From assembly GCA_965220195.1 (NCBI GenBank), contig CBDCPK010000005.1, forward strand, positions 899,704 through 963,703: a stretch of 64,000 nucleotides of DNA, in the 5' to 3' direction. Shown here in pieces: positions 46,282 through 54,682 of the stretch (positions are counted from its first letter, which is position 1; every line of letters starts with the position of its first letter). The notes beneath the pieces were generated by a model. It saw only the letters and a program-made list of their open reading frames with translations, had not been told where the DNA came from and made no database searches. The position numbers and the translations under genes are program-made. Origin of the DNA: an uncultured Candidatus Binatia bacterium. GTDB lineage: Bacteria > Desulfobacterota > Binatia > Bin18.

Positions 46282-49200
46282 TCACGACACCTTCCGCTTT
46301 GTTGACCAGCTCTCGGTTGGAGTATCCGCCGCAGCCTTGAGATACCGGGCGCTCATCTCGGCCAGGGCAGCCAGGATGATATTCCGCCGCTTTTCCCCGC
46401 TGTGCTCTAGGGCTTCCTCCACCTGATCGATCAACACATCCACCTTCTCCCGTTCCAGGTCGGTAATATCAAACTCGTCGTGGACCGGCGTGGGACGGCC
46501 GCCCATACTCACCACCACGGCCATAGCATGTCGTTTGTCCGGCCGTCCCTTTACATGGGCAAAGACCTCCGCGCGGATAAACTGCTGCGCCAGTTGCGCC
46601 AACTCAACCGCTGCCCGGTCGATGTCGGAGTCTACCCAGTTTTGGGCCGGCTTGTTGGTTGCCATACTCGCCAGACTCTCCATGTCCTCGTTGTTACCCT
46701 GAAACTGTCCGAGCCGGACGATGAAAGCTTCCAGGCGATGATCGCCGCCCAGTTGGCGGATGTTTTCGGCACGAGCGCGCAGTTCGGCCAACATTGGGGG
46801 TGAGGTATTCGGCACTTCTAGCTCGGCCAACAGCGTTTCCCGTAGACGATGCAGCATTGAGGGATAGGCTTCGCGTAGCTCTCTCAGCCCCTCACGCATG
46901 TGGTCTACGATTCGACGCAGATCGTCGCCCTCGTGGATATCGGCACCGTTACTCAGCAGGTTAGGGATATCGTCAAAAATCAGCTTGTTCGGGTCATTGG
47001 CCTGCTTGAATAACTGCCGTACCTGTTTCGCATTAGCGGAAAGCTGTTGTGTACGGAATACCCACGGCGACAGCCGATCATAGATTGCAACCAGACCCCT
47101 AGCTACATCAATGGGCTCCAGGTCAGTCAGTGCATTCTCCTCGTCCAGCTCGCGGACAACGGCGGCCATATCGGAGAGGAGCCGACGCGATGTATCCGAA
47201 AGGTCCATCCAACGTAGCTGAATGTCGGTCGGGTCTTTGACCAGGTAATCCATGTCCAGGTCGGACATACGCGCCTGAAAGAGACCCTGACGATAAAAGG
47301 CCAGATCGTGACGCTTCGACAGGATGAATGCGACCAACAGCACCGGCAACAGCCCGTCTTTGATGCCGAACGATGCCTGACGCCAGATATCGTATATCTC
47401 GACTGCTGATACCGTGCGGTACGCGTTGTCCTCAAGGAACCTAGTTGCCCTCCACCAAGCCGGTCCGAGGTTGCGGGTATCTTCGTCGTTGGCCGTGGGC
47501 GCAACAAAGGTCCAGCCCAGGATCGTTCTTCGGTATAGCCCGGTCGCCTCCAGTAGCGATGCAAACAGTCCGCCCTCAGCAGGGAAACCCTCGATACCGA
47601 GACGCTCTTCGCCTTCGTTGAAAATCATTCTCCGTAGCAGCGCATTCCGCGCGGCAGCCGCGTTACTCGACGGTTTGCTACGGTTCAGGAGTTCGTTATG
47701 CAGACGCGGCGACTCCTTAAATTGCGCGTCCGCCAGGACAGAGGCTAGGCTATTGAGTTCGGTCCGCGTGAGCGGCTTGGTATCGTGCTGTTTCCGATAC
47801 CACAGAGCGTTATTGGACGCGCGATCCAACTCACTTTCCAGCCGCCCCTGGAGGAGCGCTATGCGGGCTTCAACCTCGCGCCGTGCTACTTGGTCGCCTT
47901 GCAGCTCCGGCGTCTCGTCGCTCACCTGCTCCAAGGCTAACAGCTCCCGCGCAAGGGACGTGATATCCCAAGCGTCCTGAGGCAGGCCAACTACAATATC
48001 CCAGTCCTGAGACCGATCTACAGCACGACGACATATATGCTCGATCTCCTCCCCCAACTCGCCCTGGGTCGGAATCGCTAGGAAGAAGGCCCCAATGGCT
48101 CCGTGCCGGGGGGTGTAGTTGGCTACAGCCTGTTCGATCTCGGCCAATGGCATGAGAGCTACGTCGAACCAGCGCAGCGTACCTGTCGCGTGGTAATGAC
48201 GCTTGGCCACAATAGGCTGAAGGTCAGCAAGAGCGTTGAGCCTGGCAAAGTCTACCTCGCTGATGGTCGTCAAAGCCTGCTCTACCGCGTGCTCAATGTC
48301 GAAGTCACTACCCTCAAAGACAGCATAGGCGTTATTAAACTTGCGGAAGATAATCAGCGCCTGGTCTTGCAGCTTCGCTAGAGCTTGTCCGATCTCTTCC
48401 GAACCGCAGTCGGGCAGCGCATGTTTCAGAAGATCAAGGCTTGCCACCAAACCGGAGCGGTCTTTCAGTAAATCCACGAGCGCGATGGTCTTGAGCAGCC
48501 TCAGATGCAGTTCCTCGCCGCCTATGGCTTCGCACCGTTCCAGGACATCGGCAGCCAAGGCCCAGCGGTGGCCGTCGGGTGAGGCCATGATGGAAGGTTC
48601 GAGGTTAATGCGCAGATAGTCCCACAGACGGTCCGGCGCATAGAGGCCGCCATCTCCTGCGGATCGCAGAAAATCTTGAAAGCCCTGTGGCTCAGTGGAG
48701 TTGAGAAACCCAAAAATGCTGCGCTGGTTCTGACCGAATCGACGCCGCGACAGGGGGCCTAGCAAGCAGGCGACTATGGGATGAAGCGGCCAACAGTCTT
48801 CCAGCATCTGCGCTAGATGTGAAGACGTATGTCTGCGCAGTACGGCCACGCTTTCGGCCAAGGCGCTCGGCTTCTTCGGCTCACGGTTGCTCTCGATAGC
48901 GCGGCTAAGGAGGTCAATCTGCTCGTCCCCACCAATATTGACAGCAAGGTCCACAAACCGGCCTTGAATCTTGGCCCACTCGTCGCGCATCTCACGCGCC
49001 AAACGATGGGCGTACTCTTCAAACGCCTGGTGGAGGATACCGACGACAATGAGTCGCTTGTTGCTACGCGAAGCCAATTCAGCGAGTTGCTGAAAGAAGT
49101 AAATATCGGTCCCGTCGTAGGCAGCCGCCTCCAGAAACTTGCCCATCTCGTCAATGAATACCAACAGCCCGCCACCAGCGCGTGGATACTGCGCCGCGAG

Positions 49201-49668
49201 ATTTTGGAGAGACTCCAGTGCGAGCGGCTCGCTCCAGGTCTTTGGGGTCTTACCGGTCAAAAGTCTGGTCGCTTCTATAGCTTCACCGACCACCTGGGCT
49301 GGGCGGTCACGCCGGCCGACAACAGGCAGGACGCGCCAGCCCTTAGTACGGGGCGGTAGCGCGTCCCAGATAGGATCAGCCGTATTTTCACCAAGGACCG
49401 AGGCCGCATAATACCTGAGATCGCCGTCTCCGTTCAGGAGGGCGCTGAATGCCACGGCCAGGCTCGACTTGCCACTGCCATAGGGGCCGGTCCAGGTAAA
49501 AGCGCCTTGCCCGTTCTCGGCAATGTGGCGCGCCATGGTCTTGAGGATATCGGCGGAGGATGGGGGGCAGATGAACCCTTTCAGAGCCGCCGGGTCGGCG
49601 AGGTCCGTGTCAATACGGATAGCACGCTGGAAGCGTCGGGCGATATGGACACGATCAGCTAGGGCCAT
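46282..49668 (-). CDS. large P-loop NTPase (1128 aa), candidate ATPase of a Dnd/Ssp- or BREX-like defence/modification cassette
   Basis: Walker A GPYGSGKSS (aa about 62-70) and Walker B-like LLVFIDEMG (aa about 178-186). The remaining roughly 900 aa look helical or repetitive. Its start ATG overlaps the stop of the upstream DUF4007-like gene (TAATG). Confidence 0.8.
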   Translation of the reverse strand: MALADRVHIARRFQRAIRIDTDLADPAALKGFICPPSSADILKTMARHIAENGQGAFTWTGPYGSGKSSLAVAFSALLNGDGDLRYYAASVLGENTADPIWDALPPRTKGWRVLPVVGRRDRPAQVVGEAIEATRLLTGKTPKTWSEPLALESLQNLAAQYPRAGGGLLVFIDEMGKFLEAAAYDGTDIYFFQQLAELASRSNKRLIVVGILHQAFEEYAHRLAREMRDEWAKIQGRFVDLAVNIGGDEQIDLLSRAIESNREPKKPSALAESVAVLRRHTSSHLAQMLEDCWPLHPIVACLLGPLSRRRFGQNQRSIFGFLNSTEPQGFQDFLRSAGDGGLYAPDRLWDYLRINLEPSIMASPDGHRWALAADVLERCEAIGGEELHLRLLKTIALVDLLKDRSGLVASLDLLKHALPDCGSEEIGQALAKLQDQALIIFRKFNNAYAVFEGSDFDIEHAVEQALTTISEVDFARLNALADLQPIVAKRHYHATGTLRWFDVALMPLAEIEQAVANYTPRHGAIGAFFLAIPTQGELGEEIEHICRRAVDRSQDWDIVVGLPQDAWDITSLARELLALEQVSDETPELQGDQVARREVEARIALLQGRLESELDRASNNALWYRKQHDTKPLTRTELNSLASVLADAQFKESPRLHNELLNRSKPSSNAAAARNALLRRMIFNEGEERLGIEGFPAEGGLFASLLEATGLYRRTILGWTFVAPTANDEDTRNLGPAWWRATRFLEDNAYRTVSAVEIYDIWRQASFGIKDGLLPVLLVAFILSKRHDLAFYRQGLFQARMSDLDMDYLVKDPTDIQLRWMDLSDTSRRLLSDMAAVVRELDEENALTDLEPIDVARGLVAIYDRLSPWVFRTQQLSANAKQVRQLFKQANDPNKLIFDDIPNLLSNGADIHEGDDLRRIVDHMREGLRELREAYPSMLHRLRETLLAELEVPNTSPPMLAELRARAENIRQLGGDHRLEAFIVRLGQFQGNNEDMESLASMATNKPAQNWVDSDIDRAAVELAQLAQQFIRAEVFAHVKGRPDKRHAMAVVVSMGGRPTPVHDEFDITDLEREKVDVLIDQVEEALEHSGEKRRNIILAALAEMSARYLKAAADTPTESWSTKRKVS

Positions 49669-50630
49669 TACGCGGCATCCCTCTTGTTATTCACGGCGTA
49701 GTCCAGATTGATGAAGTCAAGCGCAGCCTCGACGGACAACTCACGCTTGCGGATGAGTTGCTTCAGACCGGCCGTCTCCGACCACGTGTAGATGCCTTCG
49801 CTCGCCTCTTCCAGGTCAGTAAGCATATCCACCACACCGTTTTCGTCCAGTAGAAAGACCCGACCGGGTGACCCAGGCTCATAGGCAAGGGTCTCAAAGG
49901 ATAGCGTCTGGGCGGTTTTGGAAAACCGATTCCAGAAGTCCGTTACCGCATAGCAGAACACGCCAGCGCCGAGAGACGGCTTCTGCCCATGGACGAACCT
50001 GAACCGCTCGCTCTTGCCCACTCGTTTAACCAGACCAAGCTCGGTTAAGGGTGACTCCAGGGCGTCTTCCTGGCTGGCTTGTTTTGATGAGCGCTGCGCA
50101 ACATAGGTCCGTACAAAACAGGTCACGTCTCTTCCGATGGTGGCCTTGGAGGCACGATCCCAAGTGCACTCCTCGGCGAGTTTGCCAAGGGCTTTGACCA
50201 AGGTTTCACGCTCGAAGAACAGAGCCGGATAATGGCTGAAGGTCCAGAACCACGTAGTCTTATTTGGACGGCCACACAGATGCCAATGGATCAACCACGA
50301 CGTAGCCGGGTCTTCCATATAGGGATCAAGTCCGTCTGTGCCGAACAAGCGCTGTCCAAGAGCAGTGGTTACGAGCCCGTTCTTGTCGGTGGCCTCCTCA
50401 ATGATGCCTGTCGCCGTAGCCCAATGGCGCATGGAGGAAACCATGTTCTTACCAACGCCGAATCGGGCGATGGCATCTTCGCCAGAGAAAACCGATCTGT
50501 TGTCGTCCTGGTCTTCGGCTGCTTGGATGGCGTCAAAAGCCTTTTTTAACCAGCCATAGCGGAGCGGAAAAGTTTCGTGTCCCGAAAACTGCGGCTTGTA
50601 GCTGTCCTCAAAAAGTGGTCCGCGTGCCAT
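49668..50630 (-). CDS. DUF4007-like protein (SspB-like by motif recollection)
   Basis: 320 aa. The N-terminal FSGHETFPLRYGWLKK is the motif I associate with DUF4007, the domain of the phosphorothioation nickase SspB. Translationally coupled to the P-loop gene. Confidence 0.6.
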   Translation of the reverse strand: MARGPLFEDSYKPQFSGHETFPLRYGWLKKAFDAIQAAEDQDDNRSVFSGEDAIARFGVGKNMVSSMRHWATATGIIEEATDKNGLVTTALGQRLFGTDGLDPYMEDPATSWLIHWHLCGRPNKTTWFWTFSHYPALFFERETLVKALGKLAEECTWDRASKATIGRDVTCFVRTYVAQRSSKQASQEDALESPLTELGLVKRVGKSERFRFVHGQKPSLGAGVFCYAVTDFWNRFSKTAQTLSFETLAYEPGSPGRVFLLDENGVVDMLTDLEEASEGIYTWSETAGLKQLIRKRELSVEAALDFINLDYAVNNKRDAA

Positions 50631-50758
50631 CTGCCCTCTAGCTACTGGGTGGAGCCTTCAGATCATGTGTAGCTCATATCCTATACCCTATGTTAGGGTC
50701 AGGCAAAAGCACGCAAGCTGAGGTTCCACCCTCAGATTCCATATATAATTGAGAAACA
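50631..50758. promoter_or_regulatory. divergent promoter region between DUF4007-like operon and cysteine desulfurase gene
   Basis: 128-bp AT-richer intergenic region between divergently oriented genes, with TATA-rich stretches (tccatatataattgagaaacaATG). Confidence 0.3.
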
Positions 50759-51946
50759 ATGAAAATCGGCAAAACCCTCTATTTCGACCATCAGGCCACA
50801 ACGCCGGTCGATGCGCGTGTTATGGCCGCCATGACTCCCTATTTCGTGGAATCATTCGGCAATCCTCATTCCTCGGATCATAGCCTTGGTTGGGAATCCG
50901 CGAGTGCCGTGGAAAAAGCCGCCGCGCGCGTGACGCGGCTTATCGGCGCGGACGCCGACGAAATCACCTTCACCTCGGGAGCAACCGAGTCAAATAACTT
51001 AGCCCTGCTCGGCTTGGGCCGCCGGGCTGCCGGGGGCAAGCGCCGCCGCATCTTGGTCAGCGCCATCGAACATAAATGCGTGTTGGCCGCTGCCAGAGTT
51101 TTACAAGAGCAGTTCGGTTTCGCCGTAGAACTGATCCCGGTTGACCATCAAGGTTTCGTGAAAATGGCGGCTCTGGAAGAAGCGTTAGACGATGATGTTC
51201 TCGTCGTGTCGGTCATGGCGGTCAATAACGAAATCGGGACGATTCAAGATATTGGGCGAATATCCGAACTAGTAAGAGGCTACGGGGCCGTTTTTCATTG
51301 TGATGCAGCCCAAGCGCCCCTTGCCATGAATATGGAATCGATGGCGAGCCAGGCCGATATGCTGAGCCTTTCGGCGCACAAGATGTATGGCCCGAAAGGC
51401 ATTGGAGCCATCTATATTGCGCGTGAATTGCAGGACCAAATCGAGCCACTGATCTATGGCGGCGGACAGCAGAATGGTCTACGCTCGGGCACGGTTCCGG
51501 TTCCGCTCTGCGTTGGGATGGGTGCAGCAGCAGATATCTTTACCGCTGCCGACACGGAAGAGAAGCGGGCGCAGTTATGCCGCCGTCGCGATACGTTTGT
51601 TGAAATGCTCAACCGTCTACCGTGGCCGATAACGTTGAACGGCCCTCAAGGGCAGGCCCGCCACCCCGGCAATGCCAATATCCGGTTCGCTGGATTTTCA
51701 GCGGAGGACATCCTCAGCACTTTACAGCCGCACCTCGCGGCATCCACCGGTTCTGCCTGCACCTCGGGTATCCCCGAGCCGTCGCACGTTCTGAGAGCTA
51801 TCGGGTTGAGTGGTGAGGAGGCGGAATCCTCGATTCGTTTCAGCCTCGGCTTTGACACCACCGACGCAGACCTTGAAGAGGCGGTGCGGCTAATTACGGA
51901 GGCATTGACGCGGTTGGCGCGGGCCGGGCTGTGTGCTGGGTCGTAG
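50759..51946 (+). CDS. cysteine desulfurase (IscS/NifS/DndA-like class V aminotransferase)
   Basis: 395 aa. LYFDHQATTPVD start, PLP lysine region SLSAHKMYGPKGIGA, and the catalytic Cys in the C-terminal loop (ASTGSACTSG). Confidence 0.85.
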   Translation: MKIGKTLYFDHQATTPVDARVMAAMTPYFVESFGNPHSSDHSLGWESASAVEKAAARVTRLIGADADEITFTSGATESNNLALLGLGRRAAGGKRRRILVSAIEHKCVLAAARVLQEQFGFAVELIPVDHQGFVKMAALEEALDDDVLVVSVMAVNNEIGTIQDIGRISELVRGYGAVFHCDAAQAPLAMNMESMASQADMLSLSAHKMYGPKGIGAIYIARELQDQIEPLIYGGGQQNGLRSGTVPVPLCVGMGAAADIFTAADTEEKRAQLCRRRDTFVEMLNRLPWPITLNGPQGQARHPGNANIRFAGFSAEDILSTLQPHLAASTGSACTSGIPEPSHVLRAIGLSGEEAESSIRFSLGFDTTDADLEEAVRLITEALTRLARAGLCAGS

Positions 51947-51974
51947 AAAACCCATCCCGCCGCTGACGCGGCAC

Positions 51975-52028
51975 AAAGAGAGAACGTGTCCAGCATCACA
52001 TGTGTATTGGAGGACACGTTTCCTCTTT
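51975..52028. repeat. palindromic MITE/REP-like element, copy 8
   Basis: AAAGAGAgAACGTGTCCAGCATcacatgtgtATTGGAGGACACGTTTcCTCTTT, 30 bp after the cysteine desulfurase stop. Confidence 0.8.
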
Positions 52029-52993
52029 CCCTCCCAAGACGTGTGATGTGTATTATTAGCCAGGGACGAGGGTGGTGAGTGCTAAGGTGGGCCGTCCGAA
52101 GAGGTGATTCAGCCACAGGCCGAGATTGCCGGCGTCCAACTGGGCCGCGATGCGGGTCAGCAAGCCGTGGGCGGTCTGGGCGCCCGGAAAGTGTCGGCCA
52201 CAGGGGCGTGTGAGGGGGCCATGGATGGTCTCGACGATCGGGCGCCAGCGGCCCTACGGGCGTTTGACGGGAGCCCGCGTTGCCGCCCGCCCCTTCGGGG
52301 GCGGGAGTACCGGCGCCCCGCCAGAGCGCGGGGAGAGTGGGGAATGCAGGTATTGAAGACAGGCGAATGAGAGAATATATTCTGGCTCGAAAGCAGAAGA
52401 CACTCTGAGCGAAACGCGGGCGGCGCCCACCGGACATAGAACGCTGTTTAACATGTGGCTGATTTTGAATTGGTGATTGGGCCATAATTGTGTCGGGGCG
52501 CCGCATGCGGCGCTCCTGTCGGTCGTATATGTCATAAAATGTCGTACAAAAAGACAAATTACGGCTCAATAAGCCATCAAAGTGTGCACAAAAAGACCCC
52601 CTGCGGTTCAATAAGTTATTGATTTCATTGCATTCAGGTCGGAGACCCCCCCCTATATTTTTTTGGGGTGTTTGCTATAGAAGAACAGCGTTTTATAATA
52701 CTTTCCCAAGAGTCCCCCGCAGACACGAGAAAACCGGGTCGCTCCCTTCTCCTCCCCGCTCGGGACGGGTGAGGCGTTTTGCCGCGTCAGCCCAGGAAGA
52801 GGGGGGCAACGGCCACGGCGGGCCGGCCGAAGCGGTGGGTGAGCCAGGGGCCGAGAGTGCCGGCGGCGCGCTTGGCGGCCAGTCGGGGCAACCAGCCCCG
52901 GGGGCTGTGGGCGCCCGGACAGGGCAAGCCTAGCCTATCCTCGACACGCTCCTTATAAAGTGCCCCCTAATCTGCATCACCCCTCCCAAGAGG

Positions 52994-54291
52994 CTGACAA
53001 GGGTAGGTAACCGCCGCGTCATGGCGGTCCATACGTCACCTGGAGATGCGGGGGCGGCTGAGGCCAGGGCTCAGGCAGGAGCCACAAGCTACGCCACAGC
53101 CGGCCCTGGAGGAGTTGGCGGCCGAACCACTGCAAGCCTTGGCGGAAGACACTGAGGGGGCGGGGGCCGGGCGGCGGCGGGTCCCGCGGTGTCCGTAAGT
53201 GGGCGGGCGGCACGCCCTGCGTCTGGGCGTCCTCACTGCGGGTGCCATAGGCCACGACCCACAAGGTCGCGACCGCCAACACTAACCAGTGGCGCGCCAC
53301 GCGCGCGGGATCGGTCCGGCGGGTGTGCTGCCACTGCCAGCCTACGCCTTTCAGAGCGCGGAAGCCGCATTCAATCCACATCCGTAAGCCGTACCAACAC
53401 AGCCCGACTTGGGCCGGGGCGAGATCGGTCACCACCACCCACGGTTCCCGTTGCTCCGCGCCCCAGACCACTACGAGTGTGCCCACCCGCTGGCGCTGGC
53501 GCTCCTGAAAGAGCACCCCGCGCCCGACCCAGCCCTCCCCTGGAGCCCGGACCAAGGTCGCGGCTGGCTGGCGCGCGGCCCCGAACGGTTGAAAGGCGGT
53601 CGCCTGACGCACTCGCATCATCGGATGCCAACCCCCGGCCCGAATCGTCCGCCACAGCCGGGGGCTCCACAGCCCCCGGTCCGCGAACACCACCACCTGC
53701 ATCTCCTTGGGAATGGCGGGGCGCAACTGGCGCAGCAAGCGCCCCAAGGGGCGCAGCCATGCGCCCTTGCGATTCGCCGGTAAGATATGCCACGCCACTG
53801 GCACCGCACTCCCGCGATACAAGACACTGACCACTAATGCCGCCACGCGCTGCCCGTGCAAGGTCGCATCCACGGCCAAGGCTAACTCGCGCCCTTGCCA
53901 CCAAGCTAAGAGCCAGCCCAGCAACGGCGCGAAACATTGCTCGACCTCCACTTGCGGCTGACACGGCGCCGCTTTATCGGCCCCATCGTACAACCATTCC
54001 CGGAGGTATTGCCGGACCGTGTGAAAGCGGCCGACCGCCCCTAACGCACTCACCACCGCGTTCTGACACGCACTCTGGGCGACCACGGCCCCATACACCC
54101 ACAACGCTAACCCCCGCCGCTGGGCCGGCCGTAAGACCGGTAAATACTGGGCAAGCTGCTCTTCCATCTGGTAACATTCTCGTGGCAAGCGCATGGGCTC
54201 CCTCCGACACCATTCGAGTTTCAGCACTCCAAATGATGCCGGAGGCCCTTGCGCTTGCCTATGGCTCCGCCCTTTTACCTACCCCTCTGAG
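52994..54291 (-). mobile_element. intact IS4-family-like insertion sequence (about 1.3 kb) with imperfect terminal inverted repeats and 11-bp target-site duplication CTCCCAAGAGG
   Basis: IRL CTGACAAGGGTAGGTAA (52994-53010) and IRR reverse-complement CTCAGAGGGGTAGGTAA (54275-54291) match at 14 of 17 positions. The flanking direct repeats CTCCCAAGAGG sit at 52983-52993 and 54292-54302. Joining the flanks recreates the CACCCCTCCCAAGAGGGGATGGGG hairpin repeat seen elsewhere. Confidence 0.65.
53019..54227 (-). CDS. DDE transposase (IS4/IS701-like)
   Basis: 402 aa. ...LAVDATLHG...VVFADRGLW...YGLRMWIECGFRALK carries the DDE residues and the IS4-type Y-x2-R-x3-E-x6-K motif. Confidence 0.8.
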   Translation of the reverse strand: MLKLEWCRREPMRLPRECYQMEEQLAQYLPVLRPAQRRGLALWVYGAVVAQSACQNAVVSALGAVGRFHTVRQYLREWLYDGADKAAPCQPQVEVEQCFAPLLGWLLAWWQGRELALAVDATLHGQRVAALVVSVLYRGSAVPVAWHILPANRKGAWLRPLGRLLRQLRPAIPKEMQVVVFADRGLWSPRLWRTIRAGGWHPMMRVRQATAFQPFGAARQPAATLVRAPGEGWVGRGVLFQERQRQRVGTLVVVWGAEQREPWVVVTDLAPAQVGLCWYGLRMWIECGFRALKGVGWQWQHTRRTDPARVARHWLVLAVATLWVVAYGTRSEDAQTQGVPPAHLRTPRDPPPPGPRPLSVFRQGLQWFGRQLLQGRLWRSLWLLPEPWPQPPPHLQVTYGPP

Positions 54292-54322
54292 CTCCCAAGA
54301 GGGGATGGGGATATCGGGTAAA

Positions 54323-54529
54323 ATGATGCGGAAACAGACAATTGAATACCCCTCCCCCTTTGATGCGTTGATAGCAGTGACGAAGCGGCTGAGCATTTAT
54401 GAGAGCCAGCAGCAGATGGACTCGGAGGAGTTCTTTGATCGGTACAACCGGGGCAAACTGTCGGATGACACGGTGTTTGTGGAATGGGCGAACGATTACC
54501 GCCATTATTTGGAACTTCGCCAGAAATGA
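54323..54529 (+). CDS. hypothetical small protein (68 aa)
   Basis: ATGATG start 20 nt after the IS right flank. MMRKQTIEYPSPFDALIAVTKRLSIYESQQQMDSEEFFDRYNRGKLSDDTVFVEWANDYRHYLELRQK. Possibly an addiction-module component, which is speculative. Confidence 0.35.
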   Translation: MMRKQTIEYPSPFDALIAVTKRLSIYESQQQMDSEEFFDRYNRGKLSDDTVFVEWANDYRHYLELRQK

Positions 54530-54682
54530 GAAAAAAGCCTGCACGATGTTGCAGCATGTCATGGACGCGGTGGTTAGAGAATGAGGACGTATAACGCGGA
54601 ACAGACTGGACTTGTTTGACTCTCCTGTGAATCAGGATACGATGCCTGGGAATAGCCATCGAAACGACAAGGAGCACGAAAC

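Noticed and set aside
43112-51946. Annotating the cassette as a canonical Dnd (dndABCDE) or Ssp (sspABCD-E) system
   Set aside because: No PP-loop SGGKDS protein (DndC/SspD), no DndE, and no recognisable restriction partner was seen in any frame of the window. The ATPase is about twice the DndD/SspC size. The resemblance is architectural only, so it is reported as a candidate novel or degenerate system.
51646-52611. 321-aa minus-strand ORF spanning the post-desulfurase spacer
   Set aside because: It crosses the 51-bp repeat, the AT-rich spacer and one 110-bp repeat. The product is Arg/Pro-rich with no domain. It is more parsimoniously non-coding with embedded gene-fragment debris.
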